64,000 nt of DNA from Desulfatiglandales bacterium (GTDB lineage Bacteria > Desulfobacterota > DSM-4660 > Desulfatiglandales > Desulfatiglandaceae). This document shows positions 46,443 to 56,860 of this stretch, piece after piece. Within the stretch, counting starts at the first letter, position 1. The number at the start of each line of letters is the position of its first letter. The notes under the pieces are model-generated. The model did no database searches. It was not told the DNA's origin and saw nothing but the letters and a program-made list of their open reading frames with translations. A program made the position numbers and the translations under genes. Location: contig OY759599.1 of assembly GCA_963662465.1 (NCBI GenBank), forward strand, positions 7,424,001 to 7,488,000, in the 5' to 3' direction.

Positions 46443-47408
46443 ATGGCCGAACATGACAACAGTTACAAGCTTCTTTTTTCCCATAAGGAAATGGTGCGGG
46501 ACCTGCTTCTGGGGTTTGTGAAGGAGGAGTGGGTTCAGGGGCTGGATACGGAAAGCCTTGAACGGGTGAATGGATCGTATGTGAGCGATAATATCCGGGA
46601 TCGGCATGATGATATCGTCTGGCGGGTGAAATGGGGCAGGGAGTGGCTCTATGTGTATATTGTGATTGAATTTCAATCCACCATCGACATATACATGCCG
46701 CTTCGCGTACTGGTGTATGTGGGGCTTTTGTACCAGGATCTGATCCGGGAAAAGAAGTTGAGTCCTTCAGGCAAACTGCCGCCCGTATTGCCGGTGGTAT
46801 TGTACAACGGAAAGCCCCGGTGGAATGGGCCTGTTGAAATGTCGGATTTGATAGAATTCGTGCCCGGAGGTCTTTCCCGATATTGTCCCCGATTCACCTT
46901 CCTGCTGCTGGATGAAGGGGCATATGCCGATGAAACCCTGAAGCCGCTCAAAAATGTGGTGTCGGCCCTGTTTCGGCTTGAAAACAGCCGGGACCCGGAA
47001 GTGATCATGGAGATTGTGTCTTCGCTTTTGAAGTGGCTGTCCGTCCCGGAGCAGGCAAGTTTGAGACGGGCTTTTACGGTTTGGTTTAACCGGGTGTTTT
47101 TTGCCTCGCGGCGACGGGCGAATATAAAAGAGTCGCCTGAATTGCAGGAGCTTACGGAGGTACACGCAATGCTGGCGGAAACAGTTGCGGAATGGAAAGA
47201 AGAATGGAAACGGGAGGGCCTGAAAGAAGGCCGAGAGGAAGGCCGGAAACAGTGGGGCGTCAGTATCCTTTTGAAGCAGCTGGAGTTCAAATTTGGAACG
47301 CTGAATCTGAAAGATCGTAAAAGAGTTGAATCAGCGGACAGCGAGACGCTCCTGAAATGGAGCGAAAAGGTTTTAACCGCCGGGAGCGTGGCTGAAATTT
47401 TTGGATAG
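46443..47408 (+). CDS. Rpn family recombination-promoting nuclease / YhgA-like putative transposase
   Basis: HDNSYKLLFS, DDIVWRV, YIVIEFQS, LPPVLPVVLYNG, EG..EG..EG repeat, DUF4351-like tail. Confidence 0.9.
   Translation: MAEHDNSYKLLFSHKEMVRDLLLGFVKEEWVQGLDTESLERVNGSYVSDNIRDRHDDIVWRVKWGREWLYVYIVIEFQSTIDIYMPLRVLVYVGLLYQDLIREKKLSPSGKLPPVLPVVLYNGKPRWNGPVEMSDLIEFVPGGLSRYCPRFTFLLLDEGAYADETLKPLKNVVSALFRLENSRDPEVIMEIVSSLLKWLSVPEQASLRRAFTVWFNRVFFASRRRANIKESPELQELTEVHAMLAETVAEWKEEWKREGLKEGREEGRKQWGVSILLKQLEFKFGTLNLKDRKRVESADSETLLKWSEKVLTAGSVAEIFG
47169..47408 (+). CDS. Putative internally translated small Rpn protein (RpnS-like antitoxin)
   Basis: GGAGGT at 47156-47161, then an in-frame ATG at 47169 (MLAETVAEWKEEW..., 79 aa). 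Confidence 0.6.
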   Translation: MLAETVAEWKEEWKREGLKEGREEGRKQWGVSILLKQLEFKFGTLNLKDRKRVESADSETLLKWSEKVLTAGSVAEIFG

Positions 47409-47575
47409 AATGTGAAATTAGCCTGCTCCTTTTCTGGATTGCAGTCAAACTCATCCTCTCGGAAAAAGAGAATGACGGAGAAGTCTCTGGTTGTGACCAT
47501 TTTCTTTCCGCCGTAAAGACCATTGTGATTGCTGATCTGGTATTGTAAAGGTTTCATAGATAGCCTGGCTCACAT

Positions 47576-47636
47576 AAAAAAAGCGCCGTTTGCTCCCATG
47601 CAAAAAGACCATGGGAGGAAACGGCGCTATTTTTTT
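47576..47636. terminator. Bidirectional rho-independent terminator downstream of ppdK
   Basis: A-run, AGCGCCGTTT.CTCCCATG / CATGGGAG.AAACGGCGCT stem, T-run. Confidence 0.85.
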
Positions 47637-47651
47637 CAATGTGCGGGTCTG

Positions 47652-50446
<2,795 letters not shown>

Positions 50447-50447
<1 letters not shown>

Positions 50448-50629
50448 TACGACCCCCTTTCTTGATCTTTTTTTCTGATATGTTCAAATAGGTAGGAAAA
50501 AGCCAGTAGGGCAGCGCCCAGCCCGGCCACTTTAATGAAGGCCGCATCCTGAAAGAAAAGCCGGGAAACGATAATGGCGAACACTGCCGCGAGAACGACG
50601 CGAAAAAGGAATACATAAAATCGGTTCAT
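50447..50629 (-). CDS. Small membrane protein (two TM helices)
   Basis: 60 aa, AAGGAGG upstream, TAATG coupling to the ppdK start. Confidence 0.65.
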
Positions 50630-50650
50630 AAATCTGTTAATCGCCTCCTT

Positions 50651-50974
50651 TCAGGGTTTTTTAAAGGGAATGACGGTAGCCTGCTTGTGAGGCGCCTTCT
50701 GTTTATGATCCTCGACAGGTTGTTTTTTTACCACTTCCAGCGCAACCCGTTTGACCGCCTCCAATCTCATGGGTTTTCCGCCCATGGTAAACTCCTCTCC
50801 TTCGATGTAGGCGCCTTTGAGTATCCAGGTGACGGTTTGGGTGGGAATGGTGAGCAGCAACAGGGTGATATGGTACCAGTCTTTTTTGAAATCCGGTTTG
50901 ATATCTTCCACACGTGCAAAAGCAGTTGGATTGTTCTCATGATAAATTAGAACGACATCGCCTTCTATGGCCAT
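50651..50974 (-). CDS. Hypothetical protein
   Basis: 107 aa within the operon; GDVVLIY...FARVEDI.PD.K.DWY...FTMGG. Confidence 0.75.
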   Translation of the reverse strand: MAIEGDVVLIYHENNPTAFARVEDIKPDFKKDWYHITLLLLTIPTQTVTWILKGAYIEGEEFTMGGKPMRLEAVKRVALEVVKKQPVEDHKQKAPHKQATVIPFKKP

Positions 50975-50984
50975 TTAGGGCCCC

Positions 50985-51326
50985 CTATTCGGCGCTGTCA
51001 AGCGCAGCGCCTGGATTGGTTCTCAATTTTTCCACTTTGGCGTCAAAACTACTGCCCAAGTCGACCCCCATCTGCCGGGCGCGCTTTTTGGCGTGCAGGC
51101 CTATATTCCGACTGTCCTTCATAAAGCCGGCGCTTTGTTTGGCTGATGGATCGTAGCTTTCAATCCGATCCTTTTCCGATTGCTGGTAGACGACGCAGGA
51201 CAATAGCCGCTTCAACCGGGTATCACCGCAATCGGGACAAACCAGAAATGTTTCTTCTTCCGTTTTCATGACGAGACATTGAAACTGGCGCAGGCAGTTT
51301 TGACATTCGTATTCGTAGATGGGCAT
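50985..51326 (-). CDS. FmdB-family zinc-ribbon protein
   Basis: MPIYEYECQNC...CPDCG...L.RLLS. Confidence 0.88.
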   Translation of the reverse strand: MPIYEYECQNCLRQFQCLVMKTEEETFLVCPDCGDTRLKRLLSCVVYQQSEKDRIESYDPSAKQSAGFMKDSRNIGLHAKKRARQMGVDLGSSFDAKVEKLRTNPGAALDSAE

Positions 51327-51339
51327 GATTATTCATTAT

Positions 51340-51367
51340 AAGTTTTAAGTTTTAAGTTTCAAGTTTT
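51340..51367. repeat. Heptanucleotide tandem repeat (AAGTTTT/C)x4
   Basis: AAGTTTT AAGTTTT AAGTTTC AAGTTTT, just upstream of the FmdB-family start. Confidence 0.8.
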
Positions 51368-51433
51368 AGCATATCAAAAAAAGTGCGTTTGCTCAATGCA
51401 ATTTAATCAATGCGCATCCATTCCCGTTCTTTC

Positions 51434-51462
51434 TTGACCGGCGTGGGTCATAACCCTATACT
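51434..51462 (+). promoter_or_regulatory. Sigma70-type promoter of the ppsA-like gene
   Basis: TTGACC-N17-TATACT. Confidence 0.6.
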
Positions 51463-51514
51463 CCTCCTAAAAAACAGGTTAAACCCTCATGACAAGGGAT
51501 TTGCCACCCCCGTG

Positions 51515-51581
51515 CATGAAAATGACATCTACCGCTTTCAAGCTAACAGCTAACAGCTAACTGCTGCATTTTCATGGTAAA
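51515..51581. repeat. Small element bounded by CATGAAAATG/CATTTTCATG with an internal (AGCTAAC)x3
   Basis: 10-bp inverted repeat at 51515-24 and 51567-76. The end TTTACCATGAAAAT (minus strand) is identical to 46136-46149. Confidence 0.65.
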
Positions 51582-51608
51582 GTGAGATTTTATAAGCGAG
51601 AACTGAGA

Positions 51609-53984
51609 ATGGATGAAAATGTTGTGGAACAAAATGAATACGTCCGATCATTGATGAGTGTCGGCTATGAAGATACGGCCCTTGTTGGGGGTAAGAGTGC
51701 CTCTCTGGGTGAAATGCTGCGGGGCCTTTCGGAGGCCGGGGTGCGCGTGCCTGATGGGTTTTCCACAACGGTTGCGGCGTATCGATGTTTTATTGAGGAA
51801 AATGGCCTGGATGAAAAGATCGCATCTTTGCTTCGGCAATACCAGGCGAAACAATTGACGCTGAGACAGGCCGGAAAGGGTATTCGGGAATCAATTCTCG
51901 AAAAGCGCCTGCCTGAAAAAGTGAAGGAATCGATCAAAAATGCGTACCGGAAGCTATGCGCTCAGTATGATGTGAACCCATTGCCCGTGGCGGTGAGGAG
52001 CAGCGCAACCTCCGAGGATCAGCCGGGCGCCGGCTTTGCGGGTATGCTGGATACCCATTTGAATGTGCGGGGCGAAACCGACCTGGTCTCGGCCTGCCAC
52101 CGCTGTTTTGCATCCCTCTTCACTGACAGGGCCATTCGATATCGGGAGAAAATGGGCATGGATGCCCTTGGGTCTTCCCTCTGCGTGGCCATTCAGCGTA
52201 TGATCCATTCGGACAAGGCTGGGGTCATGTTTAGCATCGACAAGGAAACGGGGTTTCCCGACATGGTCATGATGACGGCTTCCTGGGGGCTTGGGGAGAG
52301 CGATGTGGCCGGTGAGACCATTCCCGATGAATACCGCGTTTACAAACTTTTCCTGGGAGGGCAGGGCGGCAACCCCATTGTGGAAAAGCATCTTGGCGTT
52401 AAACAGAAGAAATATGTCTTTAAAGCCGGCGGCGGGATTGAGAATACGCCGACAACCGCAGAAGAACGCTACGGTCTGGTACTCAATGATGACGAAATTC
52501 TGACCCTGGGACGATGGGCGGTAATCATCGAGGATTATTACGGCCGGCCCATGGATATGGAATGGGCCGGGGATGGTGATTCAGGCGAACTTTTCATGGT
52601 TCAGGCGAGACCCGTTACGGACAGTTTTAAGCGGGATGCCGGACTTTCTTTCTGCCGCCTGGAAGAGCGTGGCCGTAAAATCCTGACCGGCGTGAGCATC
52701 GGTGAGGGAATTGCCAGGGGAAGGGTATTTCTCGTTCGGAGTTTTGATGAAATTGCTCAGTTGACGGATGACACCATCCTGGTGTCGGAGCAGGCCAACA
52801 CAGCCTGGGTGGGGGATTTGCGGGAAAAGAACGTCAAAGCGCTGGTGACCGATTTTGGGAGTCGAAATTCCCACGCCGCACTCATTTGCAGGGAGCTTGC
52901 CATTCCCGGCGTCGTGGGAACCCGCACTGCCACGGAAGACTTGACCCAGGGTCAGGATGTCACGGTCCAGTCCATTGAAGGGGACCACGGTTTTGTTTAT
53001 GAGGGCGCTGTGGAATACGCTGAAGAAACCTATCATCTGGGGGATGTGCCTTATACTGACCTGAACGTGATGATTAATATCGCCGGCGATGCCGCCGCAT
53101 TCCAATGGTGGCGGTTGCCGTGTCGGGGCATCGGCCTTGTGAGGATGGATTATATCTATCAAAATATCGTTAAGATTCATCCATTGGCGGCGATCCATAA
53201 GGATCAACTGCTCAACCGGAACGAGAAATACCAAATTGAAGCCTTGACGGAAGGACATGGAACCCCGAGAGATTATTTCGTGGATCGGCTGACGGCGTCT
53301 TTGGCGAAGATTGCCGCATCCCGGCTTCCCGATCCGGTGGTGGTGAGGCCCACTAACTTTGAATCCCGGGAATATGCCGAACTGATTGGGGGAGGGCAGT
53401 TTGAAAATGAACCGGATTCGCATGTTCCCGACTTGCGGGGTACACGTCGATACTTGAGTGAACCTTATGCTGAGGCGTTCTCCCTGGAATGCGAGGCGTT
53501 TCGCCGGGTGCGTCAGGTTCACGGGTTTAACAACCTCCATTTGATGATGCCCTACTGTGAACATCCAGCGCAGGCGGAAGCGGTTCTGGGTCTACTGGAA
53601 AGGTCGGGGCTTAAGCGGGGGGATGAAGGGTTTAAGGTTTACCTGTGTTGCGATTATGCTGCTAATTGGACGCTTGCAAGGGATTTTGCACCCTTGTTCG
53701 ATGGATTTTCTCTGGATGTGAGGAAATTGCAGCAGTGGGTGCGGTCGACGGGGACCGGCGCCGGGAATGCGGGAAAAACAATGGAAAGGGCTCTTGAAAA
53801 AATGCGGGATGCCTGTCATGACGCTGGTGGGACGGTTACGGTGCGGGGGCGGTTGATGAGAGATGCATCGGCCCTGGTATTGCTTTTGGTGAAGGTTGGC
53901 GTGGATGCGGTTTCCGTAAATCCCGAGGCCATTCCCAGGGTAATGAAGTGGATTGTGGAAGCTGAGAAACAGATGGGAACATAA
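51609..53984 (+). CDS. PEP synthase (PpsA)-like protein with a degenerate PEP/pyruvate-binding domain
   Basis: GGKSASLGEM, VAVRSSAT.ED, DMEWA.DG, VQARP and SHAALICRE are retained; C-terminal catalytic motifs are altered (see findings). Confidence 0.85.
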   Translation: MDENVVEQNEYVRSLMSVGYEDTALVGGKSASLGEMLRGLSEAGVRVPDGFSTTVAAYRCFIEENGLDEKIASLLRQYQAKQLTLRQAGKGIRESILEKRLPEKVKESIKNAYRKLCAQYDVNPLPVAVRSSATSEDQPGAGFAGMLDTHLNVRGETDLVSACHRCFASLFTDRAIRYREKMGMDALGSSLCVAIQRMIHSDKAGVMFSIDKETGFPDMVMMTASWGLGESDVAGETIPDEYRVYKLFLGGQGGNPIVEKHLGVKQKKYVFKAGGGIENTPTTAEERYGLVLNDDEILTLGRWAVIIEDYYGRPMDMEWAGDGDSGELFMVQARPVTDSFKRDAGLSFCRLEERGRKILTGVSIGEGIARGRVFLVRSFDEIAQLTDDTILVSEQANTAWVGDLREKNVKALVTDFGSRNSHAALICRELAIPGVVGTRTATEDLTQGQDVTVQSIEGDHGFVYEGAVEYAEETYHLGDVPYTDLNVMINIAGDAAAFQWWRLPCRGIGLVRMDYIYQNIVKIHPLAAIHKDQLLNRNEKYQIEALTEGHGTPRDYFVDRLTASLAKIAASRLPDPVVVRPTNFESREYAELIGGGQFENEPDSHVPDLRGTRRYLSEPYAEAFSLECEAFRRVRQVHGFNNLHLMMPYCEHPAQAEAVLGLLERSGLKRGDEGFKVYLCCDYAANWTLARDFAPLFDGFSLDVRKLQQWVRSTGTGAGNAGKTMERALEKMRDACHDAGGTVTVRGRLMRDASALVLLLVKVGVDAVSVNPEAIPRVMKWIVEAEKQMGT

Positions 53985-54021
53985 GGCAGTTTTGAAATGA
54001 ACAACATGATTCATTTTTTTA

Positions 54022-55248
54022 TCATAGCCCTAATAGTTTTTTGATTTTTTCAATATCCTTCTTGAGAACACCGCTTTCGGCCCTGAGTGTTTCATTTTCT
54101 GCTTTGAGCTCTTTTACGGCGTTCACCAATGCCACATTGACCGGATGCATATCAAAATCGAGATATCCATCCGCTCCCACACTGACTGCTTCCGGGAATA
54201 TTTCCTGTACTTCCTGCGCAATAAATCCAACATATTCCTTATCATTTGGAAGGTTTTTGGGGTTACCTTCCTTGTAATAGAAAGTGACCGGCTTCAATTC
54301 TACTATTTCTTTTAGACCGCCTTCATAATCACCAGTAATGTCTTTTAGCCGTTCATCAGAACTGACATTCCAACTACCCCCACCTGGTTTGGCTGCAGAT
54401 CCATTGACTTCGAGCTTATAACCCGGATTGGTCGTGCCAATGCCGACATTGCCGGTTGTCTTCTTGACAACCATTGCAGGAGAGGCCCCTGAGGTTGCAC
54501 CAGCATAAAATTCTAATGTATAGCCTGATATTCCAAATCCGTAAAAATCCTCACCTGTCGAGTCTTGGAAAACCGCCAGCTTCTTGCCAATAGTGTTCCC
54601 AAGGTCCAGTAAATTGTTCGGTGTTTTGGTGCCGACGCCGACCTTTCCTGAAGGGCGTTCAGGAAAAATTATAAAGGCGTCTGGGGTTGAGATATTCAGC
54701 CCAGAGTCGGAATACCCCCACACAAAAGTATTGTAAGCAGTGGATAGTACGGTCATGTTGTGGCCGCCTGCCCAAGAATAATTTCCAGCGGCTGTATTTC
54801 TAGACCCACCTCCAACTGTGGAAGCGTTCCCTCTGGCTTCGTTGGCATAGCCACCCCCGACTATGGACAGATACCCGCTGGCTTTGTTAGACGCTCCACC
54901 CCCGACTGTGGAATATCCCCCGTAGGATTTATTCATAGCTCCCCCTCCAACTGTGGAATTGTTCGCGGTGGCTTCGTTCGCTAGCCCTCCTCCAATGGTG
55001 CAGAAAGATATGTCTTCATTAAGCAGTCCTGTCACTGAGGTTATACCAAATCCTAAATTGATATGGGTATTTGCGTATGAGCCATAGCAAACAGCCTCGC
55101 TGGTGTGAAAGACAGGAGCTGTTATTTCATGCGGAGTTATTACCACTTTATCGGCAAATGTAATAGCGCAGGGCAGCAATACAATGCCTATGAACAGGAA
55201 CAAAAGAAAAAAATTTTGTGTAAACGGAAAGAGTGATTTGATTCCCAT
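54022..55248 (-). CDS. Secreted fibre-like protein with 15-aa repeats and a C-terminal peptidase S74 intramolecular chaperone
   Basis: AAGGAG RBS, signal peptide, STVGGG..N repeats, GNVGIGT..P...L.VNG, SSDERLK...GFIAQEV...P, coiled-coil tail. Confidence 0.85.
   Translation of the reverse strand: MGIKSLFPFTQNFFLLFLFIGIVLLPCAITFADKVVITPHEITAPVFHTSEAVCYGSYANTHINLGFGITSVTGLLNEDISFCTIGGGLANEATANNSTVGGGAMNKSYGGYSTVGGGASNKASGYLSIVGGGYANEARGNASTVGGGSRNTAAGNYSWAGGHNMTVLSTAYNTFVWGYSDSGLNISTPDAFIIFPERPSGKVGVGTKTPNNLLDLGNTIGKKLAVFQDSTGEDFYGFGISGYTLEFYAGATSGASPAMVVKKTTGNVGIGTTNPGYKLEVNGSAAKPGGGSWNVSSDERLKDITGDYEGGLKEIVELKPVTFYYKEGNPKNLPNDKEYVGFIAQEVQEIFPEAVSVGADGYLDFDMHPVNVALVNAVKELKAENETLRAESGVLKKDIEKIKKLLGL
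54778..55002 (-). repeat. Five imperfect 45-bp coding repeats ((S/C)T(V/I)GGGxxNxAxGxx)
   Basis: CTIGGGLANEATANN / STVGGGAMNKSYGGY / STVGGGASNKASGYL / SIVGGGYANEARGNA / STVGGGSRNTAAGNY. Confidence 0.85.
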
Positions 55249-55322
55249 AAATATTAATCTCCTTGTATAACTATCTTAAATTGGTTCTCCTAATGAGTTT
55301 TTCCATTTTATTTACACCCGTT

Positions 55323-55334
55323 GGGGGGGGGGGG
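55323..55334. repeat. G12 homopolymer in the upstream region of the S74 gene
   Basis: 12 consecutive G in an AT-rich intergenic region. Confidence 0.9.
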
Positions 55335-55411
55335 AGTTCTTAAAAAAATTACAGACGAAGCATTCTTTCACGTTAATCCGCGTTAAACCACTTTTTTTAA
55401 ATGGTTTCCTT

Positions 55412-56860
55412 TTAAACTTCAAAATCGACTACTCGGGAAGCAACAGGATCTGTATAGGTAATTTTTGTCTCATAGGATTTTACATTGATATAGGCGGTGG
55501 CAATATGTTTTTTAAAGGTCCATTCTAAATTCAACTCCGTATCCCTGGATTTAAACAATTTAAATTCTCCATTAAATGCAGGATAACTGTTCCGAAATTC
55601 CATAAGTTTTAAAAGACGCTGAACCACCGGCTTTTTAATCTCTTCCCGAATTTCTTCTATCGTATAATTGTGACGGTTGATATTTCTGCCCATCTTTGTT
55701 TTTTCCAACAGTTCAATATCATTCTCACCAGCCAGCAAGCCGACATAATATACCTGGGGGACTCCCGGTGAAAAAAACTGTATGGTTCTTGCCGCAATAT
55801 ATGCGTCATCATTACATCCCAAAGCAGAATAATAGGTACAATTCACCTGATAAATATCCAGATTCTGATAGTCCGGCCCGGAATAGATCTTCTTTACATT
55901 GGAGCCTTTTTCATACAATTTTTCAATGGTCTGATCAATTTCATCCTGATTTAACAAACCGTCTACATCCACCACACCGATTCCGTCGTGGGTATCCAGG
56001 GTCGTGATCTGCTTTCTGGGACATTTTTTCAGCCAGGACTTCAGCGTCCGGGTTTTCCCCGCATACAGGGCATGAAGAACCAGCATGGGCAGGGAAAAAT
56101 CATAACACCAGTATCCTTTTGCCGATAGTTTGAGCTGGTATGAATAATGTTCATGCACTTCCGGCAGGATTTGGGTATCAAAGGCCGCGGCATAATCATT
56201 GAACCACTCCAAAAGCTCCCAGATCTTAGGTTCCAGAAAAAAACAGTTGGTACCCAGTTCCACAGTGGTATAAGCAACGGCATCCAGCCGGATCATTTTA
56301 GGGCGATTTCTGACCAGCCGGATCAGGAAATTACGCATAACTTCCCGGGTTTTGGGGGAATTATAATCCAGATCAATTTGTTCATGATTAAAGGTGCACC
56401 ATATTTTTTCCAGGGTACCATTGGGCCGTTCCAATGTCTGGTAGGGCGGCTGGGGTTTCCGGGTGTATACTTTTTCCAGGTCCTCATCCTTTATCCAGCC
56501 GTTGGGAGCAAGTTTATCAAAACTTAGGAACATGTCTGCATATTCACTGTCAGCTCCCTTTGCAATATAATCCTGGAAAAAAACAGACTGCCGGGAGATA
56601 TGATTGACCATAAAATCAATGATCAGATCAAAATCCTGGCCGATCTTTTCCACATCCTCCCATGTACCGAATGCAGGGTCCACTTCATCATAGGTCAAGG
56701 GGGCAAATCCCCTGTCTGAAGAGGACGGATAAAAGGGAAGCAGGTGAATGCCGCCAATGGCTTTGAAAAAATATTTGCGGAGGACATAATGCAGCTCCGG
56801 CAGGTTGGCGCCGAAACTGTCAGGATATGTAATTAACTGAATTTTATTTTTAATTTTCAT
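55412..56860 (-). CDS. gtfA: Sucrose phosphorylase (GH13_18)
   Basis: QLITYPDS, SSDRGFAP, WCTF..EQID, IRLDAVAY, LPEVHEH, TLDTHDGIG, NLDIYQVNCTYYSALG, GRNINRH. Confidence 0.9.
   Translation of the reverse strand: MKIKNKIQLITYPDSFGANLPELHYVLRKYFFKAIGGIHLLPFYPSSSDRGFAPLTYDEVDPAFGTWEDVEKIGQDFDLIIDFMVNHISRQSVFFQDYIAKGADSEYADMFLSFDKLAPNGWIKDEDLEKVYTRKPQPPYQTLERPNGTLEKIWCTFNHEQIDLDYNSPKTREVMRNFLIRLVRNRPKMIRLDAVAYTTVELGTNCFFLEPKIWELLEWFNDYAAAFDTQILPEVHEHYSYQLKLSAKGYWCYDFSLPMLVLHALYAGKTRTLKSWLKKCPRKQITTLDTHDGIGVVDVDGLLNQDEIDQTIEKLYEKGSNVKKIYSGPDYQNLDIYQVNCTYYSALGCNDDAYIAARTIQFFSPGVPQVYYVGLLAGENDIELLEKTKMGRNINRHNYTIEEIREEIKKPVVQRLLKLMEFRNSYPAFNGEFKLFKSRDTELNLEWTFKKHIATAYINVKSYETKITYTDPVASRVVDFEV

Noticed and set aside
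46443..47408. Rpn gene as an IS element
   Set aside because: No terminal inverted repeats or target duplication around it; the family is not a demonstrated transposase.
46673..47557. 294-aa minus-strand ORF
   Set aside because: Mostly antisense to the Rpn gene, Ser/Phe-rich mirror composition.
52581..53564. 327-aa minus-strand ORF
   Set aside because: Antisense shadow of the ppsA-like gene.
54022..55248. Prophage suggested by the tail-fibre chaperone domain
   Set aside because: No capsid, terminase, integrase or other phage genes; the protein has a signal peptide.
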